Positions 1 to 10,074 are shown, numbered from the stretch's first letter. The stretch: DNA of 64,000 nt from Candidatus Dormiibacterota bacterium (GCA_963709585.1 CAVPXI010000023.1:160001-224000), one strand, 5' to 3'. Made by a program: numbers and translations. The notes: generated from the letters alone by a model not told the origin.

Positions 1-1
1 C

Positions 2-403
2 GAGCTGCTCGGCTTCCCGGCAACGCCGGCGACCGGCTACGCCCTCGGGGTCGAGCGGATCCTGATGGTTGCCCGCACTCTGGGAACCGTTCCCGGGGTT
101 GAGCCCGCCGCCGAGGTGCTGGTCTGCTCGGTGGAACCCGGTCAGGCGGCAGTGGCTGCGGCCATTGCGCGCCTGCTCCGCGACGCCAAGGCACGCACCA
201 TCCTCGACGTGTCCGACCGGAGACTCGATCGCAAGTTACGCGGCGCAAGCCGCGTCGGCGCGCGGGTTGCGGTCATCATTGGCGAGAACGAAGTGGCCGG
301 CGAGAGCGCCGTGGTGCGCGACCTCGACGGCCGCAGCCAGCAGACGGTCCCGACCACCGAGCTCGCCGCCACCGTCACACGCATCCTCGAAGGCGGGTCG
401 TGA
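2..403 (+). CDS. hisS: Histidine--tRNA ligase, C-terminal part (5' truncated by window)
   Basis: Open frame from base 2 reads ...TGYALGVERIL (class II motif 3), then an anticodon-binding domain (A..VGARVAVIIGENE); directly upstream of aspS. Confidence 0.9.
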   Translation, partial: ELLGFPATPATGYALGVERILMVARTLGTVPGVEPAAEVLVCSVEPGQAAVAAAIARLLRDAKARTILDVSDRRLDRKLRGASRVGARVAVIIGENEVAGESAVVRDLDGRSQQTVPTTELAATVTRILEGGS

Positions 404-2184
404 GCACCGCTCGCACCTATTGCGGCACGCCGCGCGCCGGCGACGCGGGAACGCTCGCGACCGCGTTCGGCTGGGTGGACCGGCGGCGCGACCAGGGCGG
501 CCTCGTCTTCATTGATCTTCGCGACCACACTGGCATCCTGCAGGTCGTGATCGACGCCAACGACGCGCCCGAGGCGCACCGGGCTGCGCGCGACGCGCGC
601 CTCGAGTGGGTACTCCGGTTCGACGGCGAGATCCGCTTGCGCGCTCCCGAGAACGTGAATCCCAAACGCGAGACCGGCGAGGTCGAGTTGCGTGCGAGCG
701 CCTGCACGGTGCTCGCGATCGCCAAGACTCCGCCGTTTCCGGTCAACGAGGATTCGGAGGTCGACGAGCAGTTGCGCCTCCGCCATCGATATCTCGATCT
801 GCGCCGGGTGCACCTGCAGCGCAACCTGCGCGCCCGGGCGAAATTCTGCACCGAGCTGCGCCGTGCGATGGGCGAGATCGGCTTCCTGGAGATCGAGACC
901 CCGGTGATGATCCGGGCAACGCCGGAGGGCGCTCGAGATTACCTCGTGCCGAGCAGGCTGTTCCCCGGGAGCTTCTATGCGCTGCCGCAATCGCCGCAAC
1001 TCTACAAACAGCTCTCCATGGTCGCCGGCTTCGACCGGTACTTCCAGCTCGCTCACTGCATGCGCGACGAGGACCTGCGCGCCGATCGCCAGCCGGAATT
1101 CACCCAGCTCGACATCGAGATGTCCTTCATCGACGAGGACGACGTGTTCGCCGCGCTCGAGCATGCCATCCCGAGTGCCTGGGAGGCGTGCGATTTCCGC
1201 GGCGGCCGGCTGGATGTGCCCTTCCCGCGCATGACCTGGCGGCAGGCGATGGACAGCTACGGTGTCGACAAACCCGACACGCGCTTCGAGTTGTTGCTGC
1301 ACGACCTCACCGCCATCGTCCGGACCTCGGGATTCCGCGTCTTCGCCGAAGCTGTGGCGGCGGGCGGCGTCGTCAAGGGGATCTGCGTCAAGGGCGGCGA
1401 CGACCTCACCCGCAGCGATATCGAAGGTCAGCTGACCGAGGTCGCGCGCGGCGCCCGAGCCCGTGGGCTCGCGTACCTGTGGGATCGGGCCGACGGCTGG
1501 CAGGGGGGCATCGCGAAGTTCTTCACCCCCGCCGAGCTCGATGCGATCGCCGCCGCAACGGGCGCCGAGATCGGGGACTGCATCCTGATGGTGGCCGACC
1601 GTCCCGGTGTGGTCAACGCCGCCCTCGCCGCCGTCCGCAACCACCTTGGGCGGGCGCGCGGCCTGTACGACGAGCAGCGCATCGACATGCTCTGGGTGAC
1701 CGAGTTTCCGATGTTCGAGCGCAGCGACGAGACCGGCGAGATCGGCGCGGCGCATCACCCCTTCACCATGATCCACGCCGACGATCTCGACCTGCTCGAG
1801 TCGGATCCGCTCGCCGTGCGATCGCGCGCCTACGACCTCGTCGTGAACGGACGCGAGATCGGTAGCGGCAGCATCCGGATCACCGACCCCGCCATCCAGC
1901 AGCGAGTGCTGGCCGCGCTGGGCATCGACGCCGAGGAGGCGCATCGCAAGTTCGGCTTTCTGCTCGAGGCCTTCGAATACGGCGTGCCGCCGCACGGTGG
2001 CTGGGCCGGCGGCATCGATCGCATGGTCATGGAGGGGCTCGGCACCGACAACATCCGCGACGTGATCGCCTTTCCCAAGAACCAGCAGGGACAGGAGCCG
2101 ATGACCGATGCGCCGGCCCCCGTCGAACCCGCCCAGCTTCGCGAGCTGGGCATTGGGATTCTCCCGACCACCCCCAGACCGTGA
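400..2184 (+). CDS. aspS: Aspartate--tRNA ligase
   Basis: GWVDRRRDQGGLVFIDLRD, TPEGARDYLVP, LPQSPQLYKQ, RDEDLRADRQPEFTQLD, YGVPPHGG, IRDVIAFPK. Confidence 0.98.
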   Translation: MSTARTYCGTPRAGDAGTLATAFGWVDRRRDQGGLVFIDLRDHTGILQVVIDANDAPEAHRAARDARLEWVLRFDGEIRLRAPENVNPKRETGEVELRASACTVLAIAKTPPFPVNEDSEVDEQLRLRHRYLDLRRVHLQRNLRARAKFCTELRRAMGEIGFLEIETPVMIRATPEGARDYLVPSRLFPGSFYALPQSPQLYKQLSMVAGFDRYFQLAHCMRDEDLRADRQPEFTQLDIEMSFIDEDDVFAALEHAIPSAWEACDFRGGRLDVPFPRMTWRQAMDSYGVDKPDTRFELLLHDLTAIVRTSGFRVFAEAVAAGGVVKGICVKGGDDLTRSDIEGQLTEVARGARARGLAYLWDRADGWQGGIAKFFTPAELDAIAAATGAEIGDCILMVADRPGVVNAALAAVRNHLGRARGLYDEQRIDMLWVTEFPMFERSDETGEIGAAHHPFTMIHADDLDLLESDPLAVRSRAYDLVVNGREIGSGSIRITDPAIQQRVLAALGIDAEEAHRKFGFLLEAFEYGVPPHGGWAGGIDRMVMEGLGTDNIRDVIAFPKNQQGQEPMTDAPAPVEPAQLRELGIGILPTTPRP

Positions 2185-2444
2185 GCCCGGGGCTCGGCCT
2201 CGCGATCCTCTTCGTACTCATCGGTTCCACCCTGTCCACGCTGGTGATGCCCCGGCGCGGCTCGTTTCCGCTCGCGTTGCTTCTCGCTGCCGCCGGCGTG
2301 GTCGCAGGCGAGCTCGTCGCCATCGCCACCCGAACCGGAGGCCCGCAGCTCGGCGCGCTCCACCCGGTTGCGGACGCGGTCGGCGTCGCGCTCTTCGAGG
2401 TGACCGGCGCGGTGCTCGCGCCGGCGCGCCGCCGAGGGCCATAA
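2181..2444 (+). CDS. Small multi-pass membrane protein, unknown function
   Basis: 87 aa with about three hydrophobic segments; GTGA overlap with the aspS stop. Confidence 0.65.
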   Translation: MSPGLGLAILFVLIGSTLSTLVMPRRGSFPLALLLAAAGVVAGELVAIATRTGGPQLGALHPVADAVGVALFEVTGAVLAPARRRGP

Positions 2445-2476
2445 TCACCGGGTCGGCAATTCGGGAGGCTCGTGGA

Positions 2477-2683
2477 ATGCGCGTACCGTTCGGTAAGAAA
2501 GGGCTTGTGGCGACAGGCGCGGCCATCACCGGTGCGATGTTCTTCTGGCGCGTTCGCGCACGCCGTCGGGAGGAGGCCGAAGCCCGCGAGTGGGAAGCCG
2601 AGATCGCCGGAGCGGTCGATGAGGGTCGCGCCGCCGGCTCGGCGGCGTCGTCGACGCCCTCGTCCGAGCCGTCCAGCGTCTAG
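2477..2683 (+). CDS. Small protein with an N-terminal hydrophobic anchor and a charged helix
   Basis: GGGAGG RBS at 2463-2468, ATG 2477; MRVPFGKKGLVATGAAITGAMFFWRVRARRREEAEAREWE. Confidence 0.6.
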   Translation: MRVPFGKKGLVATGAAITGAMFFWRVRARRREEAEAREWEAEIAGAVDEGRAAGSAASSTPSSEPSSV

Positions 2684-2699
2684 GCCTCAGGCCCTGACT

Positions 2700-2725
2700 G
2701 TTTCGGCGCTCTCGCGCAGGGGTAT
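2700..2725 (+). promoter_or_regulatory. SigB/SigF-type promoter (GTTT-N16-GGGTAT)
   Basis: Matches the SigB/SigF consensus; 12 nt upstream of the anti-sigma ATG at 2738. Confidence 0.75.
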
Positions 2726-2737
2726 GTGAACAGCGCG

Positions 2738-3172
2738 ATGGGAACCGTTTCGGAGATCCGGCTGCCGGCTGATCGCGAGCACATCCTCGTCGCCAAGCGG
2801 GCCGCGGGAGCGTTCGGGTCGCTCGCCGGGTTCGACATGGACGCGATCGACGACCTCACGATCGCCGTCGCTCAGGCCTGCGACAACGCCATCCGTTGCC
2901 TCGAGCACTCCGGTTCGATCGCCGGTCAGGTCCGCATCGTCTTCAAGATGAGCGACACCGGCCTCGAGGTCACGGTCCGAAGCACGGTCAATCGTGAGGC
3001 TGAGCTCAGAGCCCGCGCGGAGCAGGCCGGCTTCGGACGCGAGGGAGAGCTCGTCGCCGCAAGCGACCTGGCGCTCCGGCTCATGGGCCTCTTCGTCGAC
3101 GACAGCACGTACCGGGTCGATGAGCGAACTGGGAGCCTGCGCGTCCGGCTGACCAAATACAAGGCATCGTGA
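2738..3172 (+). CDS. RsbW/SpoIIAB-like anti-sigma factor (degenerate HATPase)
   Basis: IRLPA...GFDMDAIDDLTIAVAQACDNAI...LMGLFVD pattern; overlaps the downstream sigma gene. Confidence 0.85.
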   Translation: MGTVSEIRLPADREHILVAKRAAGAFGSLAGFDMDAIDDLTIAVAQACDNAIRCLEHSGSIAGQVRIVFKMSDTGLEVTVRSTVNREAELRARAEQAGFGREGELVAASDLALRLMGLFVDDSTYRVDERTGSLRVRLTKYKAS

Positions 3173-3987
3173 CCCCCGCGCCGGGGCGCGGCGAGGGTGT
3201 GGCGACCCGCGAGCGAACCATCGCGAAGCCGGCAGAGACGGCGGAGCGGGCCGAGATGCGGCGCCTGCTCCGCGAGTTCAACAAGACCCGAGATCCACGG
3301 ATCCGGGAGCGGCTCGTCGAGCTCAACAGCGACCTCGTCCATTACATCGCGCGCCGTTTCGCCAATCGCGGCGAACCCCTCGAGGACATCGAGCAGGTCG
3401 GATTTCTCGGCCTCATCCAGGCGATCGAGCGATTCGATCCGTCCCTCGAGAACGAGTTCAGCACCTTTGCGACACCGACCATCGCGGGCGAGATCCGGCG
3501 TCACTTCCGCGACCGCTCCTGGGCTGTCAGGGTCCCTCGCCGTCTCCAGGAGAACCTCGCCAAGGTGAATGCCGCAACCCAGCAGCTCCAGAACGAGCTG
3601 GGCAGGTCGCCGTCGGTCGCAGAGATCGGGGCGCGGGTCGGGCTCGACCCCGACCAGGTCCTCGCCGCGATGGAAGTCGCGCCGGCCCAGCACACCATCT
3701 CCCTGGACGGCCCGGTCGGCGGCGGCGACGAGCCGCTCACCCTCGGCGACCGCCTCGGACTCTCGGACGACAACCTCGAACGCGTCGAGATGCAGGAGGT
3801 CCTCGAGCAGGTGATGGCGCACCTCACGCCGCGCGAGCGCAAGATTCTCGCGCTGCGCTTCGTCGAGCAATTGCCGCAGACCGAGGTCGCAAAACGACTC
3901 GGCATTTCGCAAATGCACGTCTCACGATTGCAGCGCGCGGCAGTCGAGCACCTTCGCAAGGAGTTCGGGTCCGAGGCGCCCGTGTAG
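3169..3987 (+). CDS. SigB/SigF/SigG-family RNA polymerase sigma factor
   Basis: IARRFANRGEPLEDIEQVG, FSTFATPTIAGEIRRHFRD.SWAVRVPRRL, LGISQMHVSRL. Confidence 0.95.
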   Translation: MTPAPGRGEGVATRERTIAKPAETAERAEMRRLLREFNKTRDPRIRERLVELNSDLVHYIARRFANRGEPLEDIEQVGFLGLIQAIERFDPSLENEFSTFATPTIAGEIRRHFRDRSWAVRVPRRLQENLAKVNAATQQLQNELGRSPSVAEIGARVGLDPDQVLAAMEVAPAQHTISLDGPVGGGDEPLTLGDRLGLSDDNLERVEMQEVLEQVMAHLTPRERKILALRFVEQLPQTEVAKRLGISQMHVSRLQRAAVEHLRKEFGSEAPV

Positions 3988-4020
3988 AATTCGACAAGTT
4001 GCTGTCGAATACTTTTGCAC

Positions 4021-6627
4021 GTGCTCAGCTCTGAGATCCGGGAGCGATTTCTTCGCTTCTTCGAGGAGCGCGGGCATTACCGGCTCGCGAGCTTTCCGCT
4101 CATTCCCCACGACGATCCGTCGCTCCTCTTCACTGTGGCCGGAATGGTGCCGCTCAAGCCCTGGATCACCGGTCAGCGCACGCCACCGTCACGCGACCTC
4201 GTCTCCTGTCAGAAATGCTTTCGGGGCGCGGGCCTCAAGTACGACGACATGGCCTCCGTTGGTGACCCCACGCACCACACGTTTTTCGAGATGCTCGGCA
4301 ACTGGTCGATCGGTCATTACTTCAAAGAGGGCGCTATCGATTACGCGTGGGAGTTCTCCACCGAGGTCCTCGGTCTCGACCCCGCCCGGCTCTGGCCGAG
4401 CATCTACCCCGGCGACACCGAGTTGGAGCGCCTCTGGGTCGAGAAGATCGGCGTGCCCAGGGAGCGCATCTCGCGGCTGACCGAGAACTGGTGGGCGGCC
4501 GGGCCGACCGGTCCGTGCGGGTATGACAGCGAGCTCTACTTCGACTGGGGCGGCCCATGCTCATGCGGGCGGAGCGACTGCACGCCCCAGGACGAATGCG
4601 GCGGCGATCGCTTCGAGGAGTACTGGAACCTCGTGTTCATGGAGTTCGACCAGCAGCCCGACGGGTCACGGCCGCTGCTGCCCAATCCGACGGTCGACAC
4701 CGGGCTCGGCTTCGACCGGATCGTGGCGATCGTGCAGGGCGACCGCACCGGGTACGGCACCGATCACTTCGCCCCGATGGTCGACGGCTTCAGGTCTCGC
4801 GCAGCCGGCGCGGGCTCCGACCCGGCCTTGGTGCGGTCCTTCTACGTTCTCGCCGACCACCTTCGCGGAGCCGGTTTCCTGATCGCGGCGGGCGTGCTCC
4901 CGGCAAATGAGGGTCGTGGCTACGTGCTCCGCCGGCTGATCCGCCGTGCCGCCGTGCACGCGCGTCGTGTGGGGCTGCGGGGCGGCCTCGCGGCCGGCAC
5001 CGCCGACCTCGTCGGCGTCATGGGCCCGGTCTACCCGGAGCTCGTCGAGTTCCGCGGACTGATCGAGTTGACGCTGCGCATCGAGGAGGAGGCGTTCGCC
5101 CGAACCCTGGACGCCGGCACCGAACGGCTGGCGGGGCTGCTGTCGAGAAATCCGACCGGGATCGATGGCGCTGACGCATTCCGTCTCTATGACACCTTCG
5201 GGCTCCCGATCGAGTTAACGATCGAGATGGCAGCGGAGCGAGGGGCGACCGTCGATCTCGAAGGATTCGAATCGGCGATGCGCGAGCAGCGAGAGCGCGG
5301 GCAGGCGTCAGCGCGCCGTGTCGGCTTCGCGGGGGCCGACACCCTGCCGCCGACCCAGTTCATCGGCTACGACTCCCTGGAAACCGATACCACCGTGGTT
5401 CGCATCGGACTCGACAGCGAGACGCAGGTTCTCGGCGCCGGGGAGAGCGGCCCGGTGCTGCTCGACGTGTCGCCCTTCTACGCGGAAGCCGGCGGCCAGG
5501 TCGGCGATACCGGGACGCTCACGTGGCCCGGCGGGAGCGCACTCGTGCGCGACACGCAGCCGGTCGCCGGCAGCGATGCCCGCGCCCACGATGTGCTCGT
5601 GCAGGCCGGGGAGCTCCGTCCGGGGCAGCAGGTCCGCGCAGCGGTCGACGCCTACCGGCGAGGCCGGATCGCGCGTCATCACAGTGCGACCCACCTGCTC
5701 AATCGCGCGCTTCGCGAGGTCCTCGGCGACGCGGTGGTGCAGCGGGGCGCGTTCGTCGGACCGGACCACACGACCTTCGATTTTGCCTTCTCGAGGGCGC
5801 TCACCCCGGAGGAACTGGCCGACATCGAGCACCGCGTCAACGACGGTATCCGGCGCAACCTGGAGCGGACGGTCGCGCTCATGCCGCTCGCGGATGCGCG
5901 CGCAAGCGGAGCGATCGCGCTGATCGATGAGGCGTACTCGCCGGACGTCCGCGTGGTCGACTTCGGGGGATGGTCGCGCGAGCTGTGCGGCGGCACCCAT
6001 GTCACCCGCAGCGGCGACCTCGGCGCGGCGATCATCGTCTCCGAGAGCAGCATCGGCCAGGGCATCAGGCGCATCGAGATGGTTGCCGGGGAGAGCGCCG
6101 AGGAGCGCTGGCGGCGCACCGGCGCGGCGCTCCAGGCGACCGCACGCGCACTGAAGACGCGTCCGGAGGAGGTCCCGGAGCGGGTGGCCGCACTCCAGGA
6201 CCAGGTCCGCAAGCTCACTCGCGAGGTCACCCAGGCTCGCCAGGCCGGCCCCTCGAGCGTGCCGACCGACGCCGCGGTGGTCGAGGATGCCGGAGGCGTC
6301 CCCTTCGCTCACCTCCTGCTCGACGGCGACGTCGACGCCGACGGTGTCTCCGAGGCCGGCGACCGCCTCCTGGCCGACCGGCTCCAGGGTGATGGCGTCG
6401 CTGCTGTGCTCGGCCCAGCCACGCTCGTGGTCAAAGTCGGTGGACGCGCCCTTCAGGCAGGCATCCACGCGGGCACGCTGGTGACCGGCGCCGCCGAGAT
6501 CACCGGCGGCAGGGGCGGTGGACGCCCGGATCTCGGCCGGGGCAAGGTCGGCGATCCGGCCAAACGCGAGGCAGCCGTCTCCCTGCTGCGCAACGCCATC
6601 ACCGAGACGGTGGGGCACGCCGCCTGA
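4021..6627 (+). CDS. alaS: Alanine--tRNA ligase
   Basis: DPSLLFTVAGM, HHTFFEMLGNWS, GRGYVLRRLIRRA, editing HSATH and ELCGGTH; start GTG 4021 or TTG 4015. Confidence 0.98.
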   Translation: MLSSEIRERFLRFFEERGHYRLASFPLIPHDDPSLLFTVAGMVPLKPWITGQRTPPSRDLVSCQKCFRGAGLKYDDMASVGDPTHHTFFEMLGNWSIGHYFKEGAIDYAWEFSTEVLGLDPARLWPSIYPGDTELERLWVEKIGVPRERISRLTENWWAAGPTGPCGYDSELYFDWGGPCSCGRSDCTPQDECGGDRFEEYWNLVFMEFDQQPDGSRPLLPNPTVDTGLGFDRIVAIVQGDRTGYGTDHFAPMVDGFRSRAAGAGSDPALVRSFYVLADHLRGAGFLIAAGVLPANEGRGYVLRRLIRRAAVHARRVGLRGGLAAGTADLVGVMGPVYPELVEFRGLIELTLRIEEEAFARTLDAGTERLAGLLSRNPTGIDGADAFRLYDTFGLPIELTIEMAAERGATVDLEGFESAMREQRERGQASARRVGFAGADTLPPTQFIGYDSLETDTTVVRIGLDSETQVLGAGESGPVLLDVSPFYAEAGGQVGDTGTLTWPGGSALVRDTQPVAGSDARAHDVLVQAGELRPGQQVRAAVDAYRRGRIARHHSATHLLNRALREVLGDAVVQRGAFVGPDHTTFDFAFSRALTPEELADIEHRVNDGIRRNLERTVALMPLADARASGAIALIDEAYSPDVRVVDFGGWSRELCGGTHVTRSGDLGAAIIVSESSIGQGIRRIEMVAGESAEERWRRTGAALQATARALKTRPEEVPERVAALQDQVRKLTREVTQARQAGPSSVPTDAAVVEDAGGVPFAHLLLDGDVDADGVSEAGDRLLADRLQGDGVAAVLGPATLVVKVGGRALQAGIHAGTLVTGAAEITGGRGGGRPDLGRGKVGDPAKREAAVSLLRNAITETVGHAA

Positions 6628-7892
6628 TGCCCAAGCGAAAGTTCGCGCTCCTCAAGCGGCGCGAGGAGTTCCAGAGCCACTACACCGTGCTCGACATCGG
6701 CACCGAATTCGTCAAGGCGTTGATCGTCAAGCGGGAGAACGACAAGGGCATCGTCCTCGGGGTCGGCAAGGTCCGTCAGGCGCAGACGCACATGCAGGCG
6801 GGCGCGGTCGCCGACCTCCAGGCGGTCATCGACAACTGCGACCGCGCACTGACCGAAGCCGAGGACATGTGCGAGACGATCCCCGGTCAGGCGGTCATCG
6901 GCATCGCCGGCGAGCAGGTGCGCGGCTTCAGCACGACCATGACCGTGCCGAGGCCGCAGCCACAGGCGCGTATCACCCAAGCAGATCTCGCCACCGCGTT
7001 GCAGGCCGTGCAGCGACGGGCGCTCCGGGAAGCGGTCCGCCAGATGTCCCACGATCTCGGCGTCCAGGAGGTCAACGTCAAGCTGGTCCACAGCACGATC
7101 ACCTCGGTGCGCATCGACGGCTACGCGGTCAGCAATCCTGTGGACTTCCAGGGGCACGTCGTCGAGATCACCGTGTTCAACACCTTCGCTCCGCTCACCC
7201 ACATCGGGGCGCTGCAGGCGATCGCTCAGGAGCTGGACCTCGAGCTCGTGGCCACGGTCGCCGAGCCGTACGCCCTGGCACGCGGCTGCGCGTCCGCCGA
7301 GTTCCACGAGCTGGGCGCCATCTTCGTTGACGTCGGCGGCGGGACCACGGACATCGCCGTGGTCCGGCGCGGCGGCATCGAAGCGACCCGGATGTTCGCC
7401 CTCGGAGGACGGTCGTTCACCAAGCGACTCGCCACAGATCTCTCGATGGACCTCGACGAGGCGGAGCGATTCAAGGTCGCGCACGCCGAGGGCCACCTTG
7501 CCGCCGAGCAGAGCGCCATGGCCCGCCGAGCCCTGACCCCGACTGCCGAGGTCCTCGCCCAGGGCGTCGCGCTGACCCTCGAGGAGCTCGCCGGACCGGA
7601 CCCGCTGCCGGGGTCGATCTGCCTTGCCGGTGGCGGCGCGGCGCTGCCCGAGGTCGCCGAGCAGCTTCGCATCCTCGACTGGTCGGACACGGTGCCGTTC
7701 ACCCGCCCGCCGACGGTCAAGGTCCTCGGTCCGAGTGACGTCACCGGCGTGTACGACACGACCGGGCTCCTGGTCGGCAGTCAGGACGTCACCCCGATGG
7801 GGCTTGCGCGACACGCCGTGACGCTGGAAGATGACGCGGACGAGCCCCTGGGCGGGCTCATGCGCCGCGTTTTGAAGACGATGAAGGTATAG
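6627..7892 (+). CDS. FtsA-like actin-fold ATPase, no ftsZ nearby
   Basis: LDIGTEFVKA, VAEPYA, VDVGGGTTD, GGRSFT, LAGGGAAL; amphipathic C-terminus LGGLMRRVLKTMKV. Confidence 0.85.
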   Translation: MPKRKFALLKRREEFQSHYTVLDIGTEFVKALIVKRENDKGIVLGVGKVRQAQTHMQAGAVADLQAVIDNCDRALTEAEDMCETIPGQAVIGIAGEQVRGFSTTMTVPRPQPQARITQADLATALQAVQRRALREAVRQMSHDLGVQEVNVKLVHSTITSVRIDGYAVSNPVDFQGHVVEITVFNTFAPLTHIGALQAIAQELDLELVATVAEPYALARGCASAEFHELGAIFVDVGGGTTDIAVVRRGGIEATRMFALGGRSFTKRLATDLSMDLDEAERFKVAHAEGHLAAEQSAMARRALTPTAEVLAQGVALTLEELAGPDPLPGSICLAGGGAALPEVAEQLRILDWSDTVPFTRPPTVKVLGPSDVTGVYDTTGLLVGSQDVTPMGLARHAVTLEDDADEPLGGLMRRVLKTMKV

Positions 7893-7898
7893 GCGCCG

Positions 7899-9616
7899 AT
7901 GCCGGCTGTTGTCATTGCCAGGGCGGACGATGAGATCGTCGATCTCATCGATCGAGTTCGCTCGTCCGCAGACCCGGATGTGGGCCTGGTCGTGCCCACC
8001 TCCAGCCGTGCCTTGCAGACCCCGCTGAACGTCCGGCTGCTCGCCCAGTTCAGCCACCAATCGGGCCGGCGCACTTCGATCGTGACCGAGGATCCGCGCG
8101 TCCAGCAGCTCGCGCGCGCCAACGGGCTTCAGGTCTACGGATCCGTCCCGGCCTACGAGCGGGGCATCGAACTGGGCGGCCCGCGGGTGAGCGCGGGCCT
8201 GGGGCGAGGCCTCGCCGGTGCCGGTGCAGGTGGTATGGCTGCCGCCGCGGTGCTTGAGCCGCCTCCCTTGCCGCCGCCGGCGCCACCGCCCGTCGGTCCG
8301 CCCGCACAGGCGACGGCACGGCTCGAGCCGCGGCGGGTCATCACCCAGCTCCGCCGGCGCGACCCCCTCGCGGATGGGACCGGCGTCGCTTCCTCTATGT
8401 CGCAGGTGCTGCGGTCGCGATCATCGGCATCGTGCTGTTCATGGCCCTTGCCCCGTCGGCAAGGATCACCATCACGATCGCCGCGACGCCGCTCTCAGTC
8501 AACTCGACCATTCAGGGGAGTACCAGTGCCACCTCGGCCACCCTGCCCGATCACGTGCTCACCGGCGTGGTCACGGCCACGAGGAACCAGCAGTTTCAGG
8601 CAACTCCGACCGGAACCACGACAGTTCCGGCGGTGGCGGCGAAGGTCATCCTCCTGTTCTCGACCGATTCGCCCACCGACATCGGGTTCAACCTGCCGCC
8701 GAACAGCACCAGCTCGTATGTCCAGACCGCTGACCAATCCAGCACGTTCGCGCCCACCCGGAACACGTTCATCTGCATCGGTCCGGTCAATCCGCCGCCA
8801 GCCGGAGCCTGCGCGGGGCACTCCTACAATGCGACGGCGCCGTACGCCGACCAGACGGCGGGGGCGAATGGGAATGTGGCCACCGGTAGCCTGACATCCT
8901 GGCAGGGCGATCCCTGCCCGGACCCCATCCAGTGCCCGGGGACCCACATCAGCGTGACCAACGACAGCGGCGCCTCAGGCGGGTCCGATTCCAAACAGGT
9001 CACCGCGGCGAGCGCGACCGACGTTGCCAACTGGACGGCCCAGGTGACCCAGATCATGGGTGCGCTGACCGCGCAGCTCCAGACCGACCTCCAGGCGAAG
9101 GCGGCAGGCAAGGTATTCGCCAAGGATCCGACCGGCGGCGGGGCGCTCACGTCCTACTCCCAGAGCCCGACGAAGCTCCCGGCAGCCGGCGCGCCTTTCA
9201 CGGCGACCACAATCAGCGTATCCGCCGCAGCTGAAGCGGCCATCTACGACCCGATCGCTGTCCGCAACGACGTCATCGCCGACCTCGACAAGCTGGTCAA
9301 GCCCGGCGACCAGCTGGCTCCCGGCAAGCTGACCACGCCGCCATGCGCGGTGACCCAGGCAAATACCAACGGCACGGTGATTCTCGCCTGCTCGGCGACC
9401 GACTTCAGCCAGCCCACCGTCAACCTGAACACCCTGAAGGCGCAGCTCACCGGGCGGAACCCGGGGAACGCGCAGAGCATCGTCGAGCGCAACATCGCCA
9501 AGGTCCAGAACGTCCATGTCTCCGAATCGCCCTTCCAGCTCTTCTATCTGCCGCTGCGCGCATCGCAGATCGCGATCGACGAGAACTTCGTCGTCACCTC
9601 GATCAAGTCGCCGTGA
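7899..9616 (+). CDS. Bitopic membrane protein: cytoplasmic N-domain, Pro-rich linker, TM helix, large beta-rich extracellular domain (resembles proteins annotated baseplate J/gp47-like); frameshift near 8350
   Basis: ORFs 7899-8894 and 8432-9616 join by adding one base near 8350, giving ...PARPPRGWDRRRFLYVAGAAVAIIGIVLFMALAPSARITIT...; YADQTAGANGNVATGSL and VTNDSGASGGSD resemble baseplate-J-like segments. Confidence 0.7.
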
Positions 9617-10074
9617 CCTCGGCCGGGGACAGTTCCGGTCGCACGCGCGTCCTCGGGATCGACGTCGGCTCGGTGCGGATCGGGATCGCCGTCTCCGACG
9701 AGACGTGCATCCTCGCGTCGCCCGTCGCCACCATCGCCAACGACCCTCGGACCCTGTGGACACGCATCGCGCGTGAGATCGAAGATCGCCAGGTGGAACG
9801 AGTGGTGATCGGGTTGCCTCGCCGCCTCGACGGCAGCGAGGGCGACGCAGCCGAGAACGCGCGGACATTCGCGGCCGAGCTCGGGCGACGCACGTCGGCG
9901 GCGATCGAGCTGTGGGACGAACGGTTCACCACGACCATCGCCGAGCGATCGCTCATCGAAAGTGGCGTGCGCAGAAAGCGGCGGCGCGAGGTGATCGACT
10001 CGGTGGCCGCGGCAGTGCTGCTGCAGAGCTGGATCGACGCACGCCGGATCGCCGCGGCGCGCGCCGCGCGGTGA
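9613..10074 (+). CDS. ruvX: RuvX/YqgF pre-16S rRNA nuclease
   Basis: VLGIDVGSVRIGIAVSD, VIGLP, WDERFTT, IDSVAAAVLLQSW. Confidence 0.95.
   Translation: MTSAGDSSGRTRVLGIDVGSVRIGIAVSDETCILASPVATIANDPRTLWTRIAREIEDRQVERVVIGLPRRLDGSEGDAAENARTFAAELGRRTSAAIELWDERFTTTIAERSLIESGVRRKRRREVIDSVAAAVLLQSWIDARRIAAARAAR

Noticed and set aside
7899-9616. Prophage or contractile injection system suggested by baseplate-like similarity
   Set aside because: No other phage, sheath or tube genes; the protein has a TM anchor and sits within housekeeping genes
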